A DNA stretch of 64,000 nucleotides from Chrysomallon squamiferum (taxonomy: Eukaryota > Animalia > Mollusca): contig CM022679.1 of the NCBI GenBank assembly GCA_012295275.1, forward strand, positions 7,006,001-7,070,000, read 5' to 3'. A program made the translations under genes and the position numbers. Every line of letters starts with the position of its first letter. The first letter of the stretch is position 1. Under the pieces are notes generated by a model, which saw nothing but the letters and a program-made list of their open reading frames with translations, did not search any database and was not told the origin of the DNA. Positions 13,601 through 27,762 of this stretch are shown here, piece by piece.

Positions 13601-16012
13601 TGTTTCAAATTTAATACAAACATCGACAAAGATACCCCCTTCTCCACTGTTATGAATTCGACACTTCTATTATTTTAGAATACAAATCAAAATAAATTGT
13701 AAATTGTTTTTGAGTGGAACATTTCTTTTCTTTGGTTTTTGGCACTGAAAACATCTCTGTAATGAATAAAGTTGAAGAAAAACTAAATCTACCTGAGTAT
13801 GTAATTGTTCTGGTGACATCTCATTTGCCCAGTTGGTAAATCTTGCTGTAGACCCAGGAGGTTCTCGAGTAAACTTGCAGCCAACAATCTATAAATAATT
13901 TAAGAAGTGATTCAGCAAATTTAAATGTACTAACAGTGACTGAATTCTAAAATGATAAGTCTAGTGTTAAAGAAACTGAAATGTAAATGTAAAGTGTTTG
14001 GATTCTAAAATTATGAGTCTAGTGTTAAAGAAACTGAAATGTAAATATAAAATGTTTGGATTCTAAAATGATAAGTCTTGTGTTAAAGAAACTGAAATTT
14101 AAATATAAAATGTTTGGATTCTAAAATGATAAGTCCGTGTTAAAGAAAATGAAATGTAAATATAAAGTGTTTGGATTCTAAAATGATGTATAAATGTTCT
14201 TACAGCTTTTGGATTTTTCTTGGAGACTTCAAACTGTTTTGCAATCCTATCTTTGTGCATAACATCATCCTTTAATCAAACACACATTTATAAATAAACA
14301 TAGAAGAATGACATAACTTATTAATACAAATTAATACAACTAGTGTATCTTTGAACTCATTTTATTCCAGAAATAGGACAAGTTACACATTTCCATTAAT
14401 TTTGTAACAAACAAAAATCATCTTTAAATCTGTTCTCATTAGTGCTCCTTTTGAGTTATTTCCATTCTCATCCATTACCTAACAACTGATTTATCAAATG
14501 CTATAATATTCCTCAAGATAATGTAAGACTTACACCATATAAACTATTAATGTACAAACTGAAAATATTTGATATTTATGGTTGCATGAACACCAAAAAA
14601 AAATAGTCCTAGTACTACCACATGTATAAATATATAATTATTATTATTGTAATTACCAGAAATTTTATTTTATTATTATTCTTTTTTTATTCTTCGTTAC
14701 TGCTATAAATATGACTTACAGCATCTAAGTAACAGAGGAATTTCCCTGTGCTCTGAGCAACAGCTTGGTTTTTGGCATAACCAACTGAAAAAGAAGAACA
14801 AAATATATTTAAATAACAATAAATAACTGACATTTTATTCATTAAAATATATTAAACAACAAAAACAACATAATAATAATTAAAAAAATATAGATAAATA
14901 TATAAATAAATAAATTTAATTCTTAAAACAGAAATATAATAATAATGATGGAAAATAAATTATCCTCTTGTAATCAATTGTTATTTTACATGATATCAGA
15001 AATAAGAAGCAGTTTGATAAATAAATAAATAAATAAATGTAATGATGATTAATTAGTTAATTAATTGGTTTTTTTGCATAATGATAATGACAGGAAATCT
15101 GCTGTTTTGTATGCCATAACCATGAACACAGTGATACATAACTACAATTATAGGATGATTTTTATTTGAATTAATCTTATGTATGGTCTTGCTAATAAAA
15201 TGTTTTGTTTATGTTTTATATTTATTATATATAAAAAGTATGTGCACCTCACCCCAAAACACACAAAATCATAAATACTACAGCAGAGAGCAATAACATC
15301 ATCATTTTTGTTATGAATTACCTCCTCGTGGTGTGCGGTCACAATGTCCTGATAATATGATGTCAATATTTCTACTTCTGAAACATGGCTGCCACTTCTC
15401 TAAAATACTCATAGAAGCATCCTTGTTGAAATAATAATAAAAATAAAAATAATAAATTATTACCCCCAGATAACTAAATTTCTAAGTAATTTATCGAAAA
15501 CATATCCAGAACTCAAAGGCCAATTTTTTACCAGTAGTTATTATTAAATCTGATAAAACTATAGTCTTCTCATGAAACCTGGTTCAATTTTCTATTACAA
15601 CAAGAGATAATTTATGCACATCATAGATATTATTTATGAGATGTTTAAGTCAAACATTATATTCTAATTTACTTTTCATAAATCAATTATTTTCATCTGT
15701 ACCTGACATCCATCATTATAGACAGACAGCTGAATGGATTCACAGAAGCTCTGCTCCACCACAGAATGTAAACATTCATCTAACCACTTCTCAGAATTAT
15801 ATACTGGTAGAATTATACTCTGAAAAATAAAACCAATATCACTTACATATGTATGCATGCATGCATGTAATCTATGATCCCGTGACCTAGCCCGAGGAAG
15901 GTAAATTTTGAGGCTATTTAGCCGAAATATAGTAAAATACCTAATCTAAATTTCATTTCTTTTTTTTTTTCTTTTTTTGCCAGGATGTTTTTGTAAAACG
16001 TATTTTAATGGG

Positions 16013-16044
<32 letters not shown>

Positions 16045-16397
16045 ATAATGCATCTAGAAAACAAAATAAAAAATTCAAAAGCAAAACATTCGAGAAATAT
16101 ATTTACTACGACACTAATAAAATTTTAAATTTAATACCAGACGGACTACAACTCTAGTTAGGAAGGTGGGGCGCAAAAGCTAACACATACACTGATTCAG
16201 GCACCTCGGGTGATGGCGGAAAATACCATTTTCTCACACACCTACAACTACAAAATACTACCTGCACTGAGTCCTAATTCCTAAGCTTACGTTATTCTTG
16301 ATAAAGTCAATAACTTATGTATTAAAATAGGAAACTGTATTAGGATAGATGCTTGCGTTGAAAAACATACCACTACCACATTGTGTCGATCTGTCAT
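10603..16397 (-). CDS. B3GNTL1: Queuosine-tRNA galactosyltransferase (B3GNT-like 1, GT2 family), complete, 12 coding exons
   Basis: Exons (minus): 16397-16371, 15819-15703, 15421-15322, 14784-14720, 14269-14204, 13888-13793, 13163-13068, 12346-12222, 12020-11885, 11524-11456, 11177-11103, 10683-10603. Translation [105 protein letters not shown] closely follows human B3GNTL1/QTGAL as I recall it. Confidence 0.95.
12075..12245. repeat. Degenerate ~60-65 bp tandem repeat derived from the 3' end and donor of B3GNTL1 exon 8
   Basis: TGAYAMAGAAAATG and GTAAGMAATGTTT motifs each recur about three times, the last copy overlapping the exon end at 12222. Confidence 0.55.
13943..14186. repeat. Intronic minisatellite, ~58-59 bp unit x ~4
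   Basis: GATTCTAAAATGATAAGTCTAGTGTTAAAGAAACTGAAATGTAAATATAAAATGTTTG repeated in B3GNTL1 intron 5. Confidence 0.9.
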
Positions 16398-16694
16398 TTG
16401 TGGATACTAATTAATAAGAAACTGCATTGCTGACATTATTTATACTTTTAAAGATACGCTTTGATTCGACTGTAAGGGACGCAACTCGTTTTGCGCTTTC
16501 CGTAAATAAATCCTATTTTTATTCTGGAAATTTTACAGTAAACTGAGTGTAAATCTCGGATAATACCTATGTAGGATAATTTATATAATTATTTTTAGAG
16601 AGGTCCCAAAAAGGACAAATTAACATCATGACTGAGGTGGCGTGGAACCGAGGACAAAGTGCTTAAAAGCAAGACGTCTGCCCGCCTAAATTTA

Positions 16695-16737
<43 letters not shown>

Positions 16738-16879
16738 CATAAATTCCACACGATAAATTAACGGAACAATATATTTTGATTTTGTTCTTTGTCTTTCCCG
16801 CTAAATCACCTATTGTCACAGAGAACCCCTTTTTTAACAATTATTTTGTTTTCTTTTTGGATAGGTTTCTAAAAAAAAA

Positions 16880-16924
<45 letters not shown>

Positions 16925-17748
16925 CTAATAATAATAATAATAATGAATAAAAAGTAAGTAATCGTTTATTGATGTTCAGAGCATGGCAACTTTTAGACTC
17001 CGCCAATCGGTTAATGAATATTAATAAATACGGCCCATTTTATATTCGTAGCTGTTACTGTTAAATTTAAATGTATAATGATTACTTCTGAAAGAAAAAC
17101 TCTTCGATAATTAAACTTAATTCTTGATTAGGAGCCTCCAGTGTCTGTAGTATGTCACTAAAATGACATTAGAAAACATTTGATAAAATTTACCAAAAAT
17201 ATCAACATTTTATTCTGAATTATGTATAACCGTAAGTAATAAGGGTCAGTTTATTTTCCGATAAACATTAAGGATAAGATTTAATCTCATTTCCACGAGC
17301 CAATCAGCATCAGGATTCGAGAAATGTACTTGGCAATTTTTTTATAAATCTGACGAATAACAACGTGTATACAAATATTTCACCTAGAAGTAAAGTAATA
17401 CACAATTCAGTTGCGAATTTGTATGTGTATAAAAAATGCGTAACATTTGTTATTTGGCTGTTATTATGATGTGAAAAAAATATCTGTTCATCTGCACTTG
17501 TTTCTATCTATTGTTTCAACACTGGATCATGTAAACCGTCACTAGTGTATTTAGAGGGGCCTATAGATTAGCTGGGGATTACAATAAAGTTAATCTGATA
17601 TCACTTTTAAAACCAAACGAGTAAATGTTAGCATAAATGATACCAAAACTTCATTTCCCAAACTGCATTAATATATAAAAATTGGTATATTACGTTTCCT
17701 ACTCCTAGGTCTATATTTCATCTTTTTAGAGGAATGATTTGCAATTGA

Positions 17749-19052
17749 ATGGATTTTTTTTTAAAGAACTTGGAGATGTGGGACATTTATGTTGTGAGTT
17801 TTATTAATCTTAAGTTACTAGTAATTCAACAAAAGAAACTGATTAAAATATCCAATGCATACTTGGATTTTTACTAAGTCTAAAAGGCTTAATCTAATCC
17901 TCTCGCCTAACCTTGATTTGAATAGATGGTACTAAAGCGAACACGTGTTTTCATCGTTATTACCGTTTATCTTAAAATATCGTTATAGTACACAAATTCA
18001 TTTGTCAGAAATTGTTAATTCTGTTATTAGTATTGTCGACAATGTTTAGTAATACGTATCTATTTCAGTTACTCGTCTTATGCAGTATTTGTGGAATATC
18101 CTTTTGTCACCCGATCTATTATTTTGGCCGTGCGTTAGGAAGATGCGACTATTGCTGGAAAATTGTGGTTATGCCAATATTCAGGGAACAATAGATGACT
18201 GTCAACGGAACTGTCCGGGTAAGTAATATATGAATGTGGTGGTATGCTTTTACAAAATGTTTTATATAGTTTTAATTTAATTTTTATGTAAATATATCTC
18301 TCTCTCTCTCTCTCTCTGAATAGTTTATAAATGTAGAATTATTAGCAAGATATGATGGTAATTAGTGATTATAATGATTGATTATTATGATTTGATAACA
18401 ACATATTTCTCGATGGGAACCACCAAATACATTTATTCTTCAAATAAAATGTTTGCTTTATTACAGCTAATGTTTATGACAAAATATATAAACATAAACA
18501 AGCTATGTATTTAAAAATAAATGCATTTTTCGATCGATCCATAATTAAGAAACAATGATATTGTCAGTGAATTGCCTCAGCGATGTAAAAAACCCAGCAT
18601 ACATGAGTCTAAACACATCTGAAATCACACACACACACACACACACACAGGTGGGTTCTGTGTTCTTGTGGGTACAGCTAAACTGGATAATGTTTTGCTT
18701 TACGTTATCGCCAAACATCTTATGACACTGTTAAAATTAAAATACCGTAACGGTATGAATGCATACGTTTTCCAGCATACATGATACGGTTGTTGTATAA
18801 TGTAGAAAGAATCATTCTATTACTGTTATTTCATTAATGTTCCGAAACCTTTCTTTCACAGGTTACAGGTGTGTAATAACAGCAACATCCACAACTGGAG
18901 TTACTTCAAAAACTAATCCATCTCTCATGTTTTTCTACTTGTATATCGGAATTCTAAACTGTGTCGTTATCGTTTCCATCTTGGGATTGATCTGCATCTT
19001 ACACGATACAGCGTCTGCACCTTTTCTAAAAGCAACTGAAACAACTTGTTGA
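17749..19052 (+). pseudogene. Single-CRD TNF-receptor-like gene (signal peptide, CRD, TM, short tail) with a 1-nt frameshift in the CRD exon; pseudogene or assembly error
   Basis: Exons 17749-17793 (donor GTGAGT), 18069-18218 (donor GTAAGT), 18862-19052. Adding one T near 18163 gives MDFFLKNLEMWDIYVLLVLCSICGISFCHPIYYFGRALGRCDYCWKICGYANIQGTIDDCQRNCPGYRCVITATSTTGVTSKTNPSLMFFYLYIGILNCVVIVSILGLICILHDTASAPFLKATETTC*. Cys spacing and the intron after CP match the neighbouring receptor. Confidence 0.8.
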
Positions 19053-20416
19053 GTTTTGTGAAATCAAATACACCGAGACAACAGGAAGAACAAGAGGTGT
19101 TGATGATGTCTATTTGACTGATGGAAATCTTTACGAACTGCGGAGCCACTGGCAGCATCAAGAACGTTCTTTTAAAATTAATTATCCCCGTTCTCTTCAC
19201 CCTAACTGGGTTAAACTGTTGTTAAACATTCATTCTCATATCTGAAATAAGTCATATTTTCTTTGACATGCCCATCCCAATTGATGCACAGTCCCTTTTG
19301 TGATGCCGACATTTTTGGCACTAAGCCAGTGTCAACAGAAAACGTATCATGTTTAGAGCAGAAATAATATAGGGTTTTAAATAACATCATGTTATTTTGA
19401 TAGTGAATAAAAACATTTTAAACAGAATATATTTTATTTTATTTTCAAATGAAAAAGGAGAACCAGCTGTTCGACAAACCGTTGACTGTGTACAGAAAAG
19501 TGTGTAAACAAGAAAATGTAACCAATGACTGTGAATACTTTTATCACACATACTGCAAATGTTGCCTGAAAAGTTGTCATTACGATTTTTCTTTTTATCA
19601 TAAAAATAAAGACAACAACAACAAAAGAAAATGTGGAAAAAATATTTATTTTGTTAGTGTTCTCTCTCTTTTGTTTTTTCTCTAAATTACAAATAATAGA
19701 TATATTTTAATAAACTAAAGATGTGTAATTGTTTTCACATTTATAACTATTATGAGCTTATTATTTTTATTTATTTAATTTTATTATTGTTATTGTTAAT
19801 GTTAATGTTTCGAAATCATTCTTTCACACGTAACTGTAGCAAAAATATTTTGTAGAGAAGAAATTTCGTAAGTGTGATATCATTCGAATCTCACTATGCA
19901 GTAACAATCATTATACCATGCTTAGGATATTTTATCAAGTATGTAATTAATATATGTAACTGTACATTGTGAAACACGTGGCAGAAATCACATACCATAT
20001 TCAGTGATAGGAATGGTTATCTTCTGTCAATAATAATAGTAAAAACGTACAAATAACTATACAAACAATCAATCAAACAAACATATATGATCTTGTAAAT
20101 CAGTAACGTATGCTGGTAAATATTTTTATTATTATTAAAATGCGATTCGAATTTATCTTAGATATCACAGCTACGAATTCCCCACAACCTACCAGTTACC
20201 AAGTTAATAGTCAATCTATGAAGTTGTATTGGACAGAATTCTCAGGAAATAAAATTAAAGTAAGTATTTGCTAACACAGTTCTGATATATTATTAATGAT
20301 AGTTAATACTTTTTATGATGCTCAGTTTATTACAGTTAAAAGAGAGAAGAACATATCCTGTCTTTTTCCACAATTGTTTGGATAGTAAGCCGAACACACA
20401 TAATTACTCGGGTATG

Positions 20417-21537
20417 TCAAGTACATGTCGCTCGGATAAGGCTTGCTCTTTCTGGTAGTGGTGCAGTTTCCTCGGATATGACAAGTACAATTTGCTTGGA
20501 CAAGGCCTCCTCTTCTGGTGGTGGTGCATTTCCATTCCCTGTTTCTTGAATAGGAAGCCGTATTGGTTGTCTGGGTCTTCTGCGTTTCCACATAATGAAG
20601 CCAATACAAATTATTATGAAAATAATTGAAGGTACTACGATTCCAATTATTACATCCTTACTGAATCCATTGTCATCCTCTGATTTTAAATAATCTGTAA
20701 GAAGAGGATGAATATAATGATATAAAAGCAGAAACATGATGCCGTAACTATTATAGTATTAATTATATTTTCTTGTCATACAATTCACATTTTCTAGTTT
20801 TTCGTATTAACTGTAGATGATGAAAGAATGAATTGATGAACTGGAGAAGAAGCATTTTAATTCGAGATACCAACGATAATTTTGAAAACTTTATCAACAG
20901 TAAGTGATTTTTTTACATCCCCTTTCTCTTAAACACCAAAGTATGTCATATCATCTTTAACAGTAACTTTTTGACGGATATGACCGCAGCAAAAGAAAAT
21001 ACTGGTCAGTATTTCGATATAAATGTTTCGAAAACAGAACTATAAATGGTATACAGACCATATACAAACTACTTGTCAATGGCAAACTCATCGACTATAT
21101 TAACTGGCCCACTGCCCGCTGCATTCAGGTTTATTAAAGATCCAGGTTAAAAAAGTGTCGACAGTGTAATATCTTCTTCTTCTTCTTCTTCTTCTTCTTT
21201 TTCTATATTTAATTATTTATTTATTTTGAAATTTTGAAATTTTGAATTTTTTTAATAAATGATTCAGATGATTATGACGATAATGATGCTAACGATGACG
21301 ACCACGATAATGACGTTTGTGTTGATGATGGTCATGTTAATGTTGATTATGATGATAATAATGTATTTTTAACAAGCTGACTAAAAAAACAAAAACAACA
21401 CAAATGTTACCCGGACAATATTTCAGACAGTCGGTGTTAGTCTTCTGGATATTCATTGCATAACACAGCTGACTGCAAGGGGCACATCGGTCTACCGCCT
21501 TATCAAAATACGAGTTTTTGTCACAGACAGTTGACAT
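20417..21537 (-). CDS. Single-CRD TNF receptor superfamily-like protein (BCMA/TACI/Grindelwald-like), type III membrane topology, 134 aa
   Basis: Exons 21537-21411 and 20694-20417 (phase 1, GT-AG). Protein MSTVCDKNSYFDKAVDRCAPCSQLCYAMNIQKTNTDCLKYCPDYLKSEDDNGFSKD-VIIGIVVPSIIFIIICIGFIMW-KRRRPRQPIRLPIQETGNG...*. It has a six-Cys CRD, a TM helix, a basic stop-transfer sequence and a PxQxT TRAF motif. An in-frame TAA lies two codons before the ATG. Confidence 0.85.
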
Positions 21538-21794
21538 TTTTTACTTCTGAAAAATAACCGAAATAACAATAAAACTGATGTCAGCCAGTTGAATTTTACT
21601 GGTATTGTTTATTTATTTATTTGATATTTATTTTTTATTTATCTATCTATCTATCTATCTAAGTATTTATCTATTTATTTATTCAGTTAGCTAGTTAGTT
21701 AGTCAATTGTTCACAACTAGTTTTATTTATTTATTTTTCTAAAAATGTAAAGAAAAAAAATGATTTTATTTGGAGTGTTTATTTCTTTGCTTTC

Positions 21795-21946
21795 TAAGTC
21801 GTCAGTGAGAAATCCCTCGTACAGTGAGTTTCCCGCTATCACAAGCTGTTGTCATGGATTTAGACGGGATATTGCATTGGGATAGTGATATGCACGTGAC
21901 TTGCCTCGTGTATGTATGTATAAATAAATACATAATATTTAAAATA

Positions 21947-21981
<35 letters not shown>

Positions 21982-21988
21982 TTTGGAT

Positions 21989-22027
<39 letters not shown>

Positions 22028-25000
22028 TTCATTTATTTATCTATTTATTTGGTATTTATTTATCTATCTATCTATCTATCAATCTAAGTATTTATTTATT
22101 TATTCAGTTACCTAGTTAGTTAGTCAGTTGTTCACAACTAGTTTTGTTTACTTATTTTTCTCATGAACAAGATGTTAGAAGAAATCATACATGTGTCAGG
22201 TGTGCTCTATCACAACAGTAAAAGGCTTTATATTGGCATATTTCTATCTTCTTCTTTTTTTCAATCAGAAGTTTCCAGATAGTACAAATACAAATAATCT
22301 TTATGCATGTATTTTTTAGGAATGAATATTCTATTGCTTTGTGAACGTGTGATTAGACTCTGAACATAGGCACTCTTCTAGAACGAACTGGCACAAGAGG
22401 ACATAGTCCAGTGACGACCTCACAATCATGAGATGCCTCAGACTAGGCTCGAACTTACGGTACCTATTCGATCGCACAGTTATATGTCTTAGTTATATGT
22501 GTGCATGTATGTATGTGTGCATGTATGTATGTATGTATGTATGTATGTATGTATGGATGTGTGTATGTATGTATTTATGTATGTATTAATGTATGTATGT
22601 ATGTTCGTTTTTATATATATCATATATGTACTGCATCGTCAACATTTTTTTTTATTGTGGTACTGTAGCAAAAATTAAAAAATAACTTGATTATTGACAT
22701 AATTAAGGTTTAAATAAACAATTTACATGTATATCTATTCATATAATAAATATTAGAAAGTAATAACAGAAAATAAAACAAACATAAACGATCTGTAACA
22801 GTTGATATGAATAACTAAAATAAACATAAATCATGTATATCCTTTAATTTAATGAGTAATTATAATTAAAATAAAATACAATGTATAACTATTGATATAA
22901 ATACATCTAAATAACTCAAATAAATATAATTAAATAATATTAAAAATATAGAAATAAAATGCAGTTATTGATTTATATATAACTAAAACAAATATAATTA
23001 ATTAATACAAAAAATATAGATATAATATGAATGTTAATATATAGCTATTGGTTTATGTATAACTAAAATAAATATAGCAAACATGAACAATATATAAGTA
23101 TAACTGTAAGTACTGATCTGAAATATACATAAAATAAAACTAATAAAATAATCAACAACAGCAAGTACAAGTTACGATGAAGAAAATAAAAGAAGTGATT
23201 ACATTAAAATCATAAGAGAACATAATAATACCTTTTGTATTTCTTTGCAGCAGTAATGTTTAAGAGACCTGATCTACTGACAACTTTCCAAATGGGGAAA
23301 ATACCTACAGTGTGACAAAGAGAATATGCTAGAAGGCCGATTAAATTTGTATCAGACGGTTAAGGTGTAATACATTTAAATAAACACATAACAATAGTGT
23401 AACACTGAGTTCTAAAAAAATAAGAAAAATAAATATAAATATCCCTTAATACATAATGAAAAAACAGAAATAAACATAAATGTACATTTCTGATAACATA
23501 AATAAATACATAATATTTAAAAATTCACACACACACACACACACTCACACACACACACACACACACCAGAGTATAACTATATATGTAATAAATAACTAAA
23601 TAAAACACAAACAATGTACAAGTACTAGTATAATAGAAGAAAAAAATAAAAACAAACATAAATATAAATATTAATTAAGTAAAAAATAGTACACACACAC
23701 ACACACACACAGACAGATAGATAGATATATATATATCACGGCTAAGTCGACTACGTTTAAGTCGTCAAAGTTCGTAAGTCGTCACCTTAGCGAAATTCCC
23801 TATTTTCTCCAAAGTTATTCCCATTAAAATATCCCTGTCAAAGTCGCCACCTGGCGCTTGCTCCCAATTAACACAAACCGCAGTTAATTTCTAGTTCTAA
23901 GTCGTCAGTCAGAAATCCCTCGTACAGTGAGTTTCCCGCTATCACAAGCTGTTGTCATGGATTTAGACGGTAAGCACGTGACTTGCCTCGTGTATGTATG
24001 TATAAATAAATACATAATATTTAAAATATCACACATACACACACAAACACACACACACACATTGGATTTATTTATTTATTTATTTATTTATTTATTCATT
24101 TATTTATCTATTTATTTGGTATTTATTTATCTATCTATCTATCTATCAATCTAAGTATTTATTTATTTATTCAGTTACCTAGTTAGTTAGTCAGTTGTTC
24201 ACAACTAGTTTTGTTTACTTATTTTTCTCATGAACAAGATGTTAGAAGAAATCATACATGTGTCAGGTGTGCTCTATCACAACAGTAAAAGGCTTTATAT
24301 TGGCATATTTCTATCTTCTTCTTTTTTTCAATCAGAAGTTTCCAGATAGTACAAATACAAATAATCTTTATGCATGTATCTTTTTAGGAATGAATATTCT
24401 ATTGCTTTGTGTACGTGTGATTAGACTCTGAACATAGGCACTCTTCTAGAACGAACTGGCACAAGAGGACATAGTCCAGTGACGACCTCACAATCATGAG
24501 ATGCCTCAGACTAGGCTCGAACTTACGGTACCTATTCGATCGCACAGTTATATGTCTTAGTTATATGTGTGCATGTATGTATGTGTGCATGTATGTAGTG
24601 TATGTATGTATGTATGTATGTATGGATGTGTGTATGTATGTATTTATGTATGTATTAATGTATGTATGTATGTTCGTTTTTTATATATATCATATATGTA
24701 CTGCATCGTCAACATTTTTTTTTTTTTGTGGTACTGTAGCAAAAAATTAAAAATAACTTGATTATTGACATAATTAAGGTTTAAATAAACAATTTACATG
24801 TATATCTATTCATATAATAAATATTAGAAAGTAATAACAGAAAATAAAACAAACATAAACGATCTGTAACAGTTGATATGAATAACTAAAATAAACATAA
24901 ATCATGTATATCCTTTAATTTAATGAGTAATTATAATTAAAATAAAATACAATGTATAACTATTGATATAAATACATCTAAATAACTCAAATAAATATAA

Positions 25001-25597
25001 TTAAATAATATTAAAAAATATAGAAATAAAATGCAGTTATTGATTTATATATAACTAAAACAAATATAATTAATTAATACAAAAAAATATAGATATATAA
25101 TATGAATGTTAATATATAGCTATTGGTTTATGTATAACTAAAATAAATATAGCAAACATGAACAATATATAAGTATAACTGTAAGTACTGATCTGAAATA
25201 TACATAAAATAAAACTAATAAAATAATCAACAACAGCAAGTACAAGTTACGATGAAGAAAATAAAAGAAGTGATTACATTAAAATCATAAGAGAACATAA
25301 TAATACCTTTTGTATTTCTTTGCAGCAGTAATGTTTAAGAGACCTGATCTACTGACAACTTTCCAAATGGGGAAAATACCTACAGTGTGACAAAGAGAAT
25401 ATGCTAGAAGGCCGATTAAATTTGTATCAGACGGTTAAGGTGTAATACATTTAAATAAACACATAACAATAGTGTAACACTGAGTTCTAAAAAAATAAGA
25501 AAAATAAATATAAATATCCCTTAATACATAATGAAAAAACAGAAATAAACATAAATGTACATTTCTGATAACATAAATAAATACATAATATTTAAAA

Positions 25598-25646
<49 letters not shown>

Positions 25647-25766
25647 AGAGTATAACTATATATGTAATAAATAACTAAATAAAACACAAACAATGTACAA
25701 GTACTAGTATAATAGAAGAAAAAAATAAAAACAAACATAAATATAAATATTAATTAAGTAAAAAAT

Positions 25767-25804
<38 letters not shown>

Positions 25805-27709
25805 GATAGATAGATATATATATATCACGGCTAAGTCGACTACGTTTAAGTCGTCAAAGTGCGTAAGTCGTCACCTTAGCGAAATTCCCTATTTTCTCCA
25901 AAGTTATTCCCATTAAAATATCCCTGTCAAAGTCCCCACCTGGCGCTTGCTCCCAATTAACACAAACCGCAGTTAATTTCTAGTTCTAAGTCGTCAGTCA
26001 GAAATCCCTCGTACAGTGAGTTTCCCGCTATCACAAGCTGTTGTCATGGATTTAGACGGTAAGCACGTGACTTGCCTCGTGTATGTATGTATAAATAAAT
26101 ACATAATATTTAAAATATCACACATACACACACAAACACACACACACACATTGGATTTATTTATTTATTTATTTATTTATTTATTCATTTATTTATCTAT
26201 TTATTTGGTATTTATTTATCTATCTATCTATCTATCAATCTAAGTATTTATTTATTTATTCAGTTACCTAGTTAGTTAGTCAGTTGTTCACAACTAGTTT
26301 TGTTTACTTATTTTTCTCATGAACAAGATGTTAGAAGAAATCATACATGTGTCAGGTGTGCTCTATCACAACAGTAAAAGGCTTTATATTGGCATATTTC
26401 TATCTTCTTTTTTCTTTCAATCAGAAGTTTCCAGATAGTACAAATACAAATAATCTTTATGCATGTATCTTTTTAGGAATGAATATTCTATTGCTTTGTG
26501 TACGTGTGATTAGACTCTGAACATAGGCACTATTCTAGAACGAACTGGCACAAGAGGACGTAGTCCAGTGACGACCTCACAAACATGAGATGCCTCAGAC
26601 TAGGCTCGAACTTACAGTACCTATTCGATCGCACAGTTATATGTCTTAGTTATATGTGTGCATGTATGTATGTGTGCATGTATGTATGTATGTATGTATG
26701 GATGTGTGTATGTATGTATTTATGAATGTATTAATGTATGTATGTATGTTCGTTTTTATATATATCATATATGTACTGCATCGTCAACATTTTTTTTTAT
26801 TGTGGTACTGTAGCAAAAATTAAAAAATAACTCGACTATTGACATAATTAAGGTTTAAATAAACAATTTACATGTCTATCTATTCATATAAAAAATATTA
26901 GAAAGTAATAATAGAAAATAAAACAAACATAAACGATCTGTAGCAGTTGATATGAATAACTAAAATAAACATAACTCATGTATATCCTTTAATTTAATTA
27001 GTAATTATAATTAAAATAAAATACAATGTATAACTATTGATATAAATACATCTAAATAACTCAAATAAATATAATTAATTAATATTAAAAAATATAGAAA
27101 TAAAATGAATATTAATGTATAGCTACTGGTTTATATATAACAAAAATAAATATAATTAATTAATACAAAAAATATAGATATAATATGAATATTAATATAT
27201 AGCCATTGGTTTGTGTATAACTAAAATAAATATAGCAAACATGAACAATACATAAGTATAACTGTAAGTATTGATCTGAAATATACATAAAATAAAACTA
27301 ATAAAATAATCAACAACAGCAAATACAAGTTTCGATGAAGAAAATAAAAGAAGTGATTACATTAAAATCATAAGAGCACATAATACCTTTTGTATTTCTT
27401 TGCAGCAGTAATGTTTTAGAGACCTGATCTACTGACAAAATTTCCAAATGGGGAAAATACCTACAGTGTGACAAAGAGAATATGCTAGAAGGCCGATTAA
27501 AGTTGCATCAGACGGTTAAGGTGTAATACATTTAAATAAACACATAACAATATTATAACACTGAGTACTAGAAAAATAAGAAAAATAAATATAAATAGCC
27601 CGTAATACGTAATGAAAAAACAGAAATAAACATAAATGTACATTTCTGATAACATAAATAAACATAAATGTACATTTCTGATAACATAAATAAATACATA
27701 ATATTTAAA

Positions 27710-27762
<53 letters not shown>

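Noticed and set aside
13943-14186. Regularly spaced repeats that might suggest a CRISPR array
   Set aside because: Head-to-tail minisatellite with no unique spacers, inside a eukaryotic intron.
16625-16690. tRNA-like fragment (minus strand GGTTCCACGCC)
   Set aside because: No cloverleaf or A box; at best a decayed SINE head.
21824-26243. Repeated ORF MSFPLSQAVVMDLDG...
   Set aside because: It has a GTG start and runs into (CA)n and (ATTT)n microsatellites; it is a by-product of the tandem repeat.
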